From positions 1 through 64,000 of the forward strand of contig CAWAHW010000003.1 in NCBI GenBank assembly GCA_963781885.1: a DNA stretch of 64,000 bases, given 5' to 3'. The notes beneath the pieces are model-generated. The model searched no databases and was not told where the DNA came from. It saw nothing but the letters and a program-made list of their open reading frames with translations. The translations under genes and the position numbers were made by a program. This document shows positions 50,369-60,301 of the stretch, piece by piece. This stretch comes from an uncultured Spirochaetota bacterium (lineage in GTDB: Bacteria > Spirochaetota > Spirochaetia > SZUA-6 > Fen-1364). Every line of letters begins with the position of its first letter. Position 1 is the stretch's first letter.

Positions 50369-51291
50369 ATGACCGGAAAAACACCCCTTGCGCGTGTCGT
50401 GATCTACACGGCCGTCATCACGGCCGCCGCGCTGTGCATCGCCGCGGTGATCGGGGCCGCCGCCGGCGGATTCCGCCCCTGGGCGCCGTCGGCGGGCGTG
50501 ACGGTGGACGAACGTGTGTCGGTCCCCCTCGACGGCGTCACCCTTGTCTCCGTGGCCTCCGCCAGCGACAAGGTGCGCATCCTCGAGGGAAGCGGCGCGG
50601 CGGTGGAAGTCTGGCTGCACGGCTCCCTCAGCACCGGGTCCGCCGATGCGGTCCCCCATATCCTGGCGGCCCGGACGGGTCCCCGCGCGGACATCGGGCT
50701 GCAGCAGCGGAATCCCGTCACGATCGGCTTTCTCTGGAGCAATCTCACCCTGGAGGTGAGCGTGCCGCGGGGATACACGGGACGGGTCATCGCGCACACC
50801 TCGTCGGGCGACATCGAGGTGCCGGACCATTCCTTCGGAGGGCTGGAGCTTTCCACGACGTCGGGCAGCGTGCATGCCGGGGCTCTGCGCGCGTCCGATA
50901 TCTCCATGCACACCAACTCGGGGATCTTTCGGCGAAGGGCGTGACCGCGGCGCACGCCGCGCTTTCCTCCACGAGCGGGAGGATCAGCGTGGAGGCGATC
51001 ACCGGCGATGTCACCGCCCAAAGCAGCTCGGGTGAGATCACGCTTGCCTTCGCGGCGTCCCCGTCCCACGTGGAGGCGGGCACGTCGTCGGGCGGGGTGA
51101 TGGTGAAGCTGCCGGCGGATGCGGGTTTTGTCCTGGACGCCCACAGCAGCTCGGGTGATATTTCCTGCACCTTCCCGATCAGCCTGGACGGCTCGACGGG
51201 CGCCCGGCACGTGATGCGGGGGAGCGTCGGAAGCGGCGCGGGAAGCATCGTCCTGCACACGTCTTCGGGGGACATCCGCGTCGAGCAATGA
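50369..51291 (+). CDS. DUF4097 (toast-rack beta-repeat) protein; frameshift at about 50922
   Basis: N-terminal TM; repeated (T/S)SSGDI-type units spread over two frames. Confidence 0.85.
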
Positions 51292-51464
51292 GCCGGGCCC
51301 ACGGGGCGAAGACCGGCTCGCGGCGGCAAACGAGGTTATAAGAAGCAATAACGGGCAGATTCGGTGTTCAATGATTGCACGAGCGACGACGATGGTGGTA
51401 TGCTCGGGTTCTTCCCGCGCAATCGTGCACGACAATCCACACCGAAGGGAGAACGCACTCGATC

Positions 51465-52550
51465 ATGGCTCGACAAATGTCCTCAGCCGCGCGGCTCAAC
51501 CAGGGGCTTCGCATCTTCTTCTCCGAGTTCGTCCGCGTGAGCCTTCGGCGGCCGCGCCAGGCGCTCTTCTTCGCGCGCACCGTGATCTGGCAGGGAAGCG
51601 CCGCGCGTCGGCGCGCCCGCATGGCCCGCGAAGGCATCCACGTTCCCCCCATCGCCATCTTCAGCATCACCAATCGGTGCAATCTCCGATGCAAGGGCTG
51701 CTATTCCCAGGCCATCCATCGGGACACCGCCGACGAGCTTTCTCCCGATCGTCTTCGCAGCCTCGTGCAGGAGGCGGACGACGTGGGCATTTCTTTCTTC
51801 GTGATCGCGGGCGGGGAGCCGCTCGTGCGGCCGGAGATCGTCGAGATCACGCGCGATTTTCCCCACATCGTCTTTCTCCTGATCACTAATGGCCTGCTCC
51901 TGGACCAGTCTCTCATCGACCGTCTCACGACCCAGCGCAATACGGTGCCCGTGCTCAGCATCGAGGGCTCCCAGGAGCAGACGGACGACCGGCGCGGAGA
52001 GGGTGTGCACGATCGCCTGAAGAAGCGCATGGTGCAGCTGCAGGAGGCGGGCATCTTCTTCAGCCTTTCCCTCACCGTGACGCGGCAGAACTTCGCCACG
52101 GTCACGGATCGCGCGTTCCTGCAGAGCGCCGTCGATGCCGGTTGCCGTCTCTTCTTCCACATGGAATACACGCCGATCCGCGCGGGAACCGACGAATGGG
52201 TCATCACGGACGCGCAGCGCGGCCGGATGAAGGAGCTCGTGACCGGCTTCCGCCAGAGCTTCAAGGCCCTCTTCATCGCGGTGCCGTGGGACGAGGAGGA
52301 ACAGGGCGGATGCCTTGCCTCGGGCAGGGGATTCGTCCACATCAGCGCTTCCGGTGACCTCGAGCCGTGCCCCTTCGCCCCATACTCCGATGCGAATGTG
52401 CGCACGGCGCCGCTGCGGGAGGCGCTGCAGTCCCCGTTCCTTGCCTCGATGAGGGACAACCACGCCCTGTTCGCGGAGACCGACGGCGGCTGCGCCCTGT
52501 GGAGGAACAGGGAGACCGTGGAGGCGCTGCTGGCACGGAAGACGGGCTGA
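51465..52550 (+). CDS. Radical SAM / SPASM-twitch domain protein
   Basis: CNLRCKGC, GGEP, GCLASGRGFVHISASGDLEPCPF. Confidence 0.9.
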   Translation: MARQMSSAARLNQGLRIFFSEFVRVSLRRPRQALFFARTVIWQGSAARRRARMAREGIHVPPIAIFSITNRCNLRCKGCYSQAIHRDTADELSPDRLRSLVQEADDVGISFFVIAGGEPLVRPEIVEITRDFPHIVFLLITNGLLLDQSLIDRLTTQRNTVPVLSIEGSQEQTDDRRGEGVHDRLKKRMVQLQEAGIFFSLSLTVTRQNFATVTDRAFLQSAVDAGCRLFFHMEYTPIRAGTDEWVITDAQRGRMKELVTGFRQSFKALFIAVPWDEEEQGGCLASGRGFVHISASGDLEPCPFAPYSDANVRTAPLREALQSPFLASMRDNHALFAETDGGCALWRNRETVEALLARKTG

Positions 52551-52561
52551 AGCGGGTCATT

Positions 52562-53815
52562 GTGGAAACCAACGCGCCGGCCGAAAAACTCTGGACGCGC
52601 AACTTCCTCCTCCTCTGGCAGGGACAGCTCGTGTCGATACTCGGGGACGTCGTCTACGCCATCGCGCTGGGCTTCTGGATCCTCGGCGCCACGGGCTCCA
52701 CGGCGCTCATGGGCGGGCTGCTGGCCGCCTCGACGCTTCCGCGCATCCTCGTCTCGCCGGTCGCGGGAGTCGTGGTGGACAGGTTCGACCGGCGCCGGCT
52801 CATGATCTGGATGGACGTGATCCGCGGCGCGGCCGTCGTGGCGGTCGCCATCGGCGCCATTGCGGGATTCCTGCAGGTCTGGATGGTCTTCGCCGCGGGC
52901 ATCGTCATCGGCGTCTGCGGCGCCTTCTTCTCACCCTCGGTGAGCTCCGTCATCCCCGATATCACCGGCAAGACCAGGGTCGTGCAGGCCAACTCCGTGT
53001 TCAGCATGATCGGCACGGGGGCGAACATCATCGGCAACTCGGTGGGGGGGGTGCTCTTCCAGGTGCTGGGTGCGCCGCTTCTCTTCCTCTTCAACGGCAT
53101 CTCGTATCTGTTCTCCGCCGGCAGCCTGCTTTTCGCGCGCTTTCCGCGCGTGGAGCACGCGCACGCGCAGACCCATTTCCTCACGGACCTGAAGAGCGGC
53201 TTTTCTTTCGTCTGGAAGATCCGCGGACTTCGCTTCCTCGTCCTCAGCGCGGCGGTGCTGAACTTCTTCGCCAACATGGCGATCGTCCTCCTCCTCCCCT
53301 TCTACCAGAGGAACCCGGCGCTCGGGCCCGTCAAGTACGGCATTGCAATGGCGCTCTTCACCGGCGGCGCGTTCCTCGGCATGGCGCTTACCGCGACGGT
53401 GAAGATTCCCGCTGCACGCCGATTTTTCTGGTTTATCTGGAGCGGGCTGGGTTCGACGGTCTTCCTCATCGTTTTCCCCTTTGTCGGAAGCTTCCCTTTC
53501 GCGATTGCTCTTCTGGCTTTTTCCGGCTTCGCCAACGCAGTGTTGAATGTACTCTTCATGGCCGTCGTGCAGCTCGCCGTTCCCCAGAATATGCGCGGCA
53601 AGGCCTTTTCCCTCCTGGGCATGATCACGCAGGGCCTGACGCCGATCGCATTCGCGCTTGCGGGCGTCCTTGCGGAGTTCCTCCCCCTCGCGCCCCTCAT
53701 GAGCGCCTGTTTCGCCGTGACCCTGATCGTCGGCGTTCCGATGGGATTCGCGGCTTCCCTGCGGCGCTTCATCAACTTCGACCCGGAGAAAGACACGATA
53801 GAGTCGGTGAGCTGA
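52562..53815 (+). CDS. MFS transporter (DHA3/MefA-like)
   Basis: NFLLLWQGQLVS..GD, GVVVDRFDRRR; about 12 TM. Confidence 0.9.
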   Translation: METNAPAEKLWTRNFLLLWQGQLVSILGDVVYAIALGFWILGATGSTALMGGLLAASTLPRILVSPVAGVVVDRFDRRRLMIWMDVIRGAAVVAVAIGAIAGFLQVWMVFAAGIVIGVCGAFFSPSVSSVIPDITGKTRVVQANSVFSMIGTGANIIGNSVGGVLFQVLGAPLLFLFNGISYLFSAGSLLFARFPRVEHAHAQTHFLTDLKSGFSFVWKIRGLRFLVLSAAVLNFFANMAIVLLLPFYQRNPALGPVKYGIAMALFTGGAFLGMALTATVKIPAARRFFWFIWSGLGSTVFLIVFPFVGSFPFAIALLAFSGFANAVLNVLFMAVVQLAVPQNMRGKAFSLLGMITQGLTPIAFALAGVLAEFLPLAPLMSACFAVTLIVGVPMGFAASLRRFINFDPEKDTIESVS

Positions 53816-53873
53816 AGCGGGCGCGGCCGCGGGCGGTGTACAGGCGAGGCCCGCGGGGCTATGCTCGTCCACC

Positions 53874-54968
53874 ATGAGACACGCGTTGATCCTGGCAGGC
53901 GGCTCCGGCACGCGTTTGTGGCCCATGAGCCGCGGCGCAACACCCAAGCAGCTCCTCCCCCTGATCAAGGGGAAGAGCCTTCTCTCCCTGGCCTGGGATC
54001 GGCTTGAGGGGCTCATACCGGCGGAATGCCGCTGGGTCTGCGCCAGCGAGCGGCATGCGGCCGCCGTACGTGCGGCGCTGCCGGAGCTTCGCGCGGAGCG
54101 CTGGCTGGGTGAGCCGGTCGGCCGCGACACGTTTCCCGCGCTCGCCTATGCCTCCGCGGCCATTGCGCGCGTGGATCCGGATGCGACCATCTGTGTCCTG
54201 ACGGCTGACCACCTCATGACGCCGGCGGATGCTTTCCGCGCGACGCTCGCAGACGGGTGCGCCGCGGCGGAGACCGCGCCGGGCATCCTCGTCACCTTCG
54301 GCATCGCCCCCACGTCGCCCGCCACGGGGTATGGCTACCTGCGGCTGGGTGCGCCTTTTCAGGGACGCGCACGGGTCGTGCAGGAGTTCAAGGAGAAGCC
54401 TGACGCGCAGACCGCGGTGGCGTGGGTCGCGGAGGGACCCTCGCATTTCCTGTGGAACAGCGGCATGTTCGTCTGGAAGGCGGCCTCTTTCCTGGCGTGT
54501 GCAGGCCGTTACGAGCCCGAGGTTGTGGCGGCAGTCAACCGCATCGCGGATGCGCGCGGAACGGCCGCGCAGGCCTCAATGATCGCCACGCTCTATCCAA
54601 CGCTGAAAAAGATCAGCGTCGACTATGCGGTGATGGAGAAGGCGACGCGCGACCCATCGGCAATGGTCGTCGCGCTTCCCATGGAGCTCGCGTGGCGTGA
54701 CATCGGGTCGTGGACCGCTTTTGCCGAAACGTGCGAACGCGACAACGCAGGCAATGCGCTCGCGGCGGAGCGCCATCTGCTCGTCGATACGGCCGGCACG
54801 CTGGTCGTCTCCGCCGATCCCTCGCATCTGGTCGCGACGATTGGCTGCGACGACCTCATCATCGTGCACACCGCCACGGCAACGCTCGTCTGCCGCAAGG
54901 ACCGCGCGGAAGACATCAAGAAGCTGCAGGCGCTTGCCGCGGAAAGATACGGCGCGGAGTACGTGTGA
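53874..54968 (+). CDS. manC: Mannose-1-phosphate guanylyltransferase (no cupin PMI domain)
   Basis: ILAGGSGTRLWPMSR, PKQ, EPVGRDT, FKEKP, WNSGMF, ISVDYAVME, WRDIGSW. Confidence 0.94.
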   Translation: MRHALILAGGSGTRLWPMSRGATPKQLLPLIKGKSLLSLAWDRLEGLIPAECRWVCASERHAAAVRAALPELRAERWLGEPVGRDTFPALAYASAAIARVDPDATICVLTADHLMTPADAFRATLADGCAAAETAPGILVTFGIAPTSPATGYGYLRLGAPFQGRARVVQEFKEKPDAQTAVAWVAEGPSHFLWNSGMFVWKAASFLACAGRYEPEVVAAVNRIADARGTAAQASMIATLYPTLKKISVDYAVMEKATRDPSAMVVALPMELAWRDIGSWTAFAETCERDNAGNALAAERHLLVDTAGTLVVSADPSHLVATIGCDDLIIVHTATATLVCRKDRAEDIKKLQALAAERYGAEYV

Positions 54969-54978
54969 GACGGCGTCT

Positions 54979-57965
54979 TTACGACGCCGTCGGCACCCCC
55001 GCCTTGAACAGCATCGCCTTCGGCGACCGGGCGGCCACCGAGTAGGCCACGCCTGCCGGGACCATCGCGCATGCGCCGCGCGCCAGTGTCAGGGTCCGGC
55101 CCGCTGCCACGAGTGCGGCGGCGCCATCGATGACGATGAGGGTGTCGGCGCTGTGCTCCCGGCCGCCGGAATAGGGCACGCCCGGCGTCACGTCGATGCG
55201 CTCCAGAGCGAACTCTTCCGTCGGTGTCTCATATTCCCTGCTTGTTTCCGACGACGTCCGTCCCTCCAGGATCAGCGGCGCCCCATCGCGGAAGACAAGC
55301 GTCGCGAGCAGCTCCGGTACGTCGACGTGCTTCTCCGTGAGCCCCCCCCGCAGCACGTTGTCCGAGTTGGACATGAGCTCGACATTCACCCCTTCCAGGT
55401 ACGCGTGGAGCGTGCCCGCGGGCTGGAACGTGCCCTGCCCTGGCTTCAGGTGAACGAGGTTCAGGAGATAGATCGAAACGATGCCCCTGTCGTGATGCCC
55501 GCCGGGCAAGGGGAAAGGCGCGGGAAGCGCGCAGCACCCAGAAGCCGTGCTGCTCCTTTGTCAGGGCGCCCTGCCCCTCCGCGGCGAGAAGGCGCGCAAC
55601 GAGCGGCCCGGGCAATGGCGTCGATATTCGCCTGCGGCATGGTCATGATGTGCGCGTAGAGGTCCCGCAGAAGCGTGGTCCGGGCCTCGTCATTCGCGCC
55701 ACGCCGCCTCTGGCCGAAGTCCGGCATGAGCGCCGCGAGCTCGGGCTCCGTCTCCAGCGCATCGGCGATCTCGGGAAGCGGACGGAAGCCATGGAGCATC
55801 CAGAAGTCGCTGAGCGCGACGTGGACCTCGGGTTTGTGGTTTTCGTCCCGGTAGTTCCTGTTCGGGGCATCCAGGGGGATTCCCGCCGCATTCTCCCGGG
55901 CGAATCCCTCCTCGGCCTGCGCCTTGGAGGGGTGCGCCTGGAGCGACGGCATGACGCGCACGTCGAGCACCTTGAAAAGGTAGGGGAGGCGCCCGGCGAA
56001 TCTGAGAGCGGCGTCCGGGCCGAGCGTGAGCCAGGGATCGGCTGCCACGAGCTGGTCCAGCGAGACGCGGGCTTCGTCGATCGTGGCCTGCGCGGTGCCC
56101 CGGGGGTGCGCGCCCAGCCACAGCTCCGCGAAGGGCCGGCGCTCGCTGTTGTCCCTGCCGAGGAGGCCCGGGATGAAGTCGTATCCTCCCCAGGCATAGG
56201 GCTGGACCACGCCCAGAAGCGGAAAGGGCCGCGGCAGCGCCCGGTAGCTCGCCAGCGCAACGCGCTGGAAGGAGTCGGTCGCCATTTGGCCGAGGATGCC
56301 GCCGGGCGACGCGCACGCCCGGAGCATTTCCTCCGCGCGCGCGGCCGTGTCCGCGGTCACGTACAGGCGCATCTCGGGGGCGTTGCCGGAAGGCCGCAGA
56401 TGCACGACGTCCCCCGTCTGGAAGCGGATGCGCACGCCGTCCTGCCAGTTCAGGCGTTCGACCTCGGTGAAACCCGCGGCCGGAGTGAAAGAGTGCGCGA
56501 TGTGCGACCGGAAGCCCTGCACCCGTTCCGCCAGGGGGTCGCCTGGTTCCACGACGCGTTCGGCGCCGTCTGCGTCACGCACCCGGATCGAGCCGTCGGC
56601 AAAGTGGGCCTCGATGACGGACGCACCCGTGGGTGTGAGCCATGCCATGATCTCGGCCGCTGCTTTCATCGGATAGTCGTGCAGCACGGCGGATCTCCCC
56701 TGCCGGGGGGGAAGCGTTTCCAGAAGCGACAAGAGCGAGCGGCCCTTTCCCAGCGACGCGGAGAGAACGCAGGAGATGGGGAGGAGCGCGTCCCGGGTGG
56801 GAAGCGGATCGAGGGACCCGCCGCCTGGCACGCCCAGGGGAACGGCGGTGAGGAAGCCGCCGTTGCCTTCCCAGCCTGCCTCCCGCATGGCAGCGACGAC
56901 GTACGGCGAGCCGATACGCGTCTTCACCAGGGAGATGGACGCATCCCGCGCCCAGAGGTCGACGGCGTCGTTGACGTTCACGGGAACGGCGCAATGCCGC
57001 ACACCCAGGAAGGAGGCGGTGAGCAGCCCCACGATGTCGCCTGGAATGAAGCGCACCCGGCCGTTCTCCACGGCCATGACGAGCGGCCTGTCGCTGTCAC
57101 CGTCCGTCGATACCACGGCTTCAATCTGAGCCCCGCCGTGCGCATCCACGAGGGCCTGCACCGCGTCGAGCATCTCCTTGTTCACAGCCTCCGTGTCGAT
57201 GGGCACGAAGGTGTCGCTGCGGCCGGCGCGGACCACCACGGCGCCCAGCGCGCCCAGGACCTGGCAAAGCAGGTCCCGCCCCACGGCGGAATGCTCCCAG
57301 ACCAGCACCCGGCGGCCGGCGAGCGCGCCGGCGGGAAAGGCCGCGGTGAAGCGCGCCGCGTATTCCGCGGCCGCTTCGGCGTTGGCTTCCGGAAGCGACA
57401 GCCGATGCTCGGGCCGCAGCATGCCGCGCTCGTCGAAGATGCTCTGCGCAAAGGGCCGGCCGTACTCCGAGGCGCGCGCCGCGCGGACCGCCTCCAGGAT
57501 CGGCGCTTCGTGCTGCTTCTGCACCTCGCCGGTCGGCAGGGTGAACTTGATGCCGTTGCGATCGTAGGGGATGTGGCTGCCGGTCACCATGATGCCGGGC
57601 GCGCCGCGCTTCATCGCGTAGAGCACGAGCGCGGGCGTCGGGATGAGCCCGAGATTCCCCGTGGAGAGCCCGGCATCCACAATGGCGCGATGCACCGCGG
57701 AGAGGATGTCGCCGCGGAAATCCTCGTCGGCGACGATGGCGACCGTGCTGGGGCGCAGGTCGCCGGCGATGAACACCGCGGAGCCCGGTGGGACGCCCGC
57801 GTGCGCCATTGCCCACGCGAGAAACCCGCGCGTGCTGGCGTACGCCTCGAGATTGGTGATGTCGCGGACCCGGCCGCGCAGACCGCTCGTGCCGAATGCA
57901 AGCTCGACCGGTTCGTAGGAGAGCGACTGGCGCAGGGTGATGACGGATGCCTTCTTCTGTTTCAC
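54979..57965 (-). CDS. Fused phosphomannomutase + class I mannose-6-phosphate isomerase; frameshifts at about 55610 and 55511
   Basis: PMM: [29 protein letters not shown]. In-frame PMI: [45 protein letters not shown]. Confidence 0.88.
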
Positions 57966-58058
57966 GATGCCCGCAGTGTACCGGACGGTCGCGGGTCTGG
58001 TATAGTCATGCAGCACGCGATGTACCGCCCGGCAAAGGGTGCGGGAAAGGGGGCAGGC

Positions 58059-59027
58059 ATGAAGGCAATGGTCGTGGCGCGCTATGGCGGGCCCGAGGCG
58101 CTCGCGCTGGAGGACATCCCGCGGCCCGAACCGGGGCAGGGTGAGGCACGGGTGAGGATCGAGTTCTCCGGCGTGAACTTCATCGACGTCTACGGCCGCA
58201 AGGGTCTCTATTCGGGCCCGCTCCCGCGCGTGCTCGGCGACGAGGCGGCAGGCGTCGTCGACGCGGTGGGACCCGGTGTCACGGACGTGAAGCCGGGGGA
58301 CAGGGTGGCCTGGGCGATGCAGACCGGGTCCTACGCCCAGTACGCCTGCGTGAGCGCATGGAGACTCGTCCCGGTCCCCGCCGGTGTCTCCACGCGCGAC
58401 GCGGCGGCGGTCCTTCTCCAGGGCATGACGGCCCACTACCTTGCGACGAGCACCTACCCGCTGGGCCCCCGCGACACCGCGCTCGTCCACGCGGCTGCCG
58501 GCGGCACCGGCCGACTGCTGGTGCAGGTCGCCAAGCGCCGCGGCGCGCGCGTCATCGGCACCGTCTCCACGGCCGAAAAGGAAAAGCTCGCGCGCGACGC
58601 GGGTGCCGACGAGGTCATCCGGTACACGGAGACCGACTTCGACGTGGAAGCGCGCAGGCTGACGGGCGGCAGGGGCGTGGACGTGGTCTTTGACTCGGTG
58701 GGACAGGCCACATTCGAGCGCAGCCTCAACTCACTGCGTCCGCGCGGTTGCCTCGTGCTCTTCGGGCAGTCCAGCGGGCCCGTCTCCCCCCTGGATCCAC
58801 AGGTGCTCAACCGCAAGGGCTCCCTCTTCCTGACCCGGCCGACACTCGCCCATTACACGGCCAACCGGGATGAGCTTCTGTCACGGGCGGCGGAGGTGTT
58901 TGGCTGGATGGCGTCCGGGGCGCTGCAGGTGAGGGTGGACAAGGTGTTCCCTCTCGCCGACGCCGGCCGCGCGCATGAGTATCTGGAAAGCCGGGAGACG
59001 AAAGGCAAGGTCCTGCTGGAGATTTAG
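58059..59027 (+). CDS. qor: NADPH:quinone oxidoreductase (zeta-crystallin/QOR)
   Basis: [38 protein letters not shown]. Confidence 0.92.
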   Translation: MKAMVVARYGGPEALALEDIPRPEPGQGEARVRIEFSGVNFIDVYGRKGLYSGPLPRVLGDEAAGVVDAVGPGVTDVKPGDRVAWAMQTGSYAQYACVSAWRLVPVPAGVSTRDAAAVLLQGMTAHYLATSTYPLGPRDTALVHAAAGGTGRLLVQVAKRRGARVIGTVSTAEKEKLARDAGADEVIRYTETDFDVEARRLTGGRGVDVVFDSVGQATFERSLNSLRPRGCLVLFGQSSGPVSPLDPQVLNRKGSLFLTRPTLAHYTANRDELLSRAAEVFGWMASGALQVRVDKVFPLADAGRAHEYLESRETKGKVLLEI

Positions 59028-59057
59028 CGGCCGTCCCGCGCGAGCTCGTTCAGGACC

Positions 59058-60208
59058 TCACTTCAGCACCGCCTTCAGACCCGGGATACGCCGAAGGATC
59101 AGGAAGGAAACGGCGAGCGTCGTCGCGAAGGCCAATGGGGCAACGGCGGCGTGCTTGAGGAGAAACGGCGCCTGCCAGGACCGCAGGAGCAGGGAGATGG
59201 AAATCAGGATCGGCGCGTGGAACATGTAGATGCCGAAAGAGTTCCTGGCGAGAAGCCGCGTGAAGGCGTTCTCCACGCTCAGGAACTTCCGGAAAAAGGC
59301 GATGAGCCCTATCGAAAAACCGATCGCCACGAAGGCTTCCCAGAACGCGTAGGCGAAGCTCTGCCAGTTCAGGCCCCCGCCTATCAGCGTTTTCCCCCGG
59401 CCGCGGCTTGACCGACAGCAAGGATGATGAACCACACCGGGAGGCCGGCCGACAGGACGACCGTGAACCATCGCATGCCCGTCTTCTCGGGATAGTCTTC
59501 AAGCCATTTCCTCTCTCCCGCATGCAGGCCGAGGAGGAAGAGGGCAATATATGAGGCGAAATAGCAGAGCTGCAGATTTGCAACGCTCGTCCCGATGGGC
59601 TGCACGAGCCTGATGGAGAAAGCCGCCAGTCCGGTGGCCAGGATGATGAGGATCACGGTCAAAGTCCTTGGAGGAGCAGCCGCGACATTCTTCGCGGGCC
59701 GCATGGCCCTCCACGCGGCATAGAGCAGGCTGAATATGAGCAGCGCCTCGACGAACCAGAGCGGTCCCGTGGCTCCCACCCACCTGAAGGACACGAGATA
59801 GCCGACAAAGAGGCGGCCCGCTCCCGCCGAGCCCCGGACATTGCCGTCATTCATGATGAAATAGGAGATGCAGGGGTCGATGACGAACATGTAGATGAGC
59901 AGGGGAACGCCAAGGCGGAACAACCTTTCCTTCACGAAGCGGGCCGGCCCGCGCTTTGCAATGGACCGTGCCGCGAAGAAGGCGGCAAGGAAGAACAGGA
60001 GCCCCATGAACCATGCCTGTGTGAAGGAACCGTACAGGGCGAAAAACAGGGTGGAAAATATGTCGAGGTTCTTCGGGTCAGCTTCCGTGTAGTACCAGCC
60101 GCCGAAGCCGCTGTAAGTCACGTTGGAGTGCATGACGACCACGAGAAAGATGACGAATGACCGGATATTATCCAGGTAAGCAAAACGCTCCGTCTCAGCG
60201 GTTTTCAT
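59058..60208 (-). CDS. Acyltransferase-3 family (OpgC-like) membrane protein; frameshift at about 59393
   Basis: YLDNIR..VVVMH, FMGLLFFLA, RLFRLG.P, GPLWF, SFGIYMFH. Confidence 0.87.
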
Positions 60209-60241
60209 CCGCCCCCCTTGGGCGCCTGCTGGCGATATTTA

Positions 60242-60294
60242 AATGATATCATTACGATCTCAACTTGTCAAATGCTCTTTTCCGGCGTTAAACT
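60242..60294. promoter_or_regulatory. Back-to-back sigma70 promoters (acyltransferase / tnaA) with a palindromic operator
   Basis: Minus strand: TTGACA(60266-71)-17-TATCAT(60243-48). Plus strand: TTGTCA(60265-70)-18-TAAACT(60289-94). Palindrome AATGATATCATT at 60242-53. Confidence 0.65.
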
Positions 60295-60301
60295 GCCGCC
60301 C

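Noticed and set aside
55650-59027. Very long ORFs or N-terminal extensions (also 1086..2897, 31805..33523, 37104..39425, 33588..35732)
   Set aside because: These are antisense or alternate-frame shadows of real genes, expected at high GC. Only the motif-bearing portions were annotated.
7576-60208. Frameshifted genes as pseudogenes or programmed frameshifts
   Set aside because: Each has only 1-2 single-base indels, intact catalytic motifs, no nonsense decay and no shared slippery heptamer. Sequencing error is more parsimonious.
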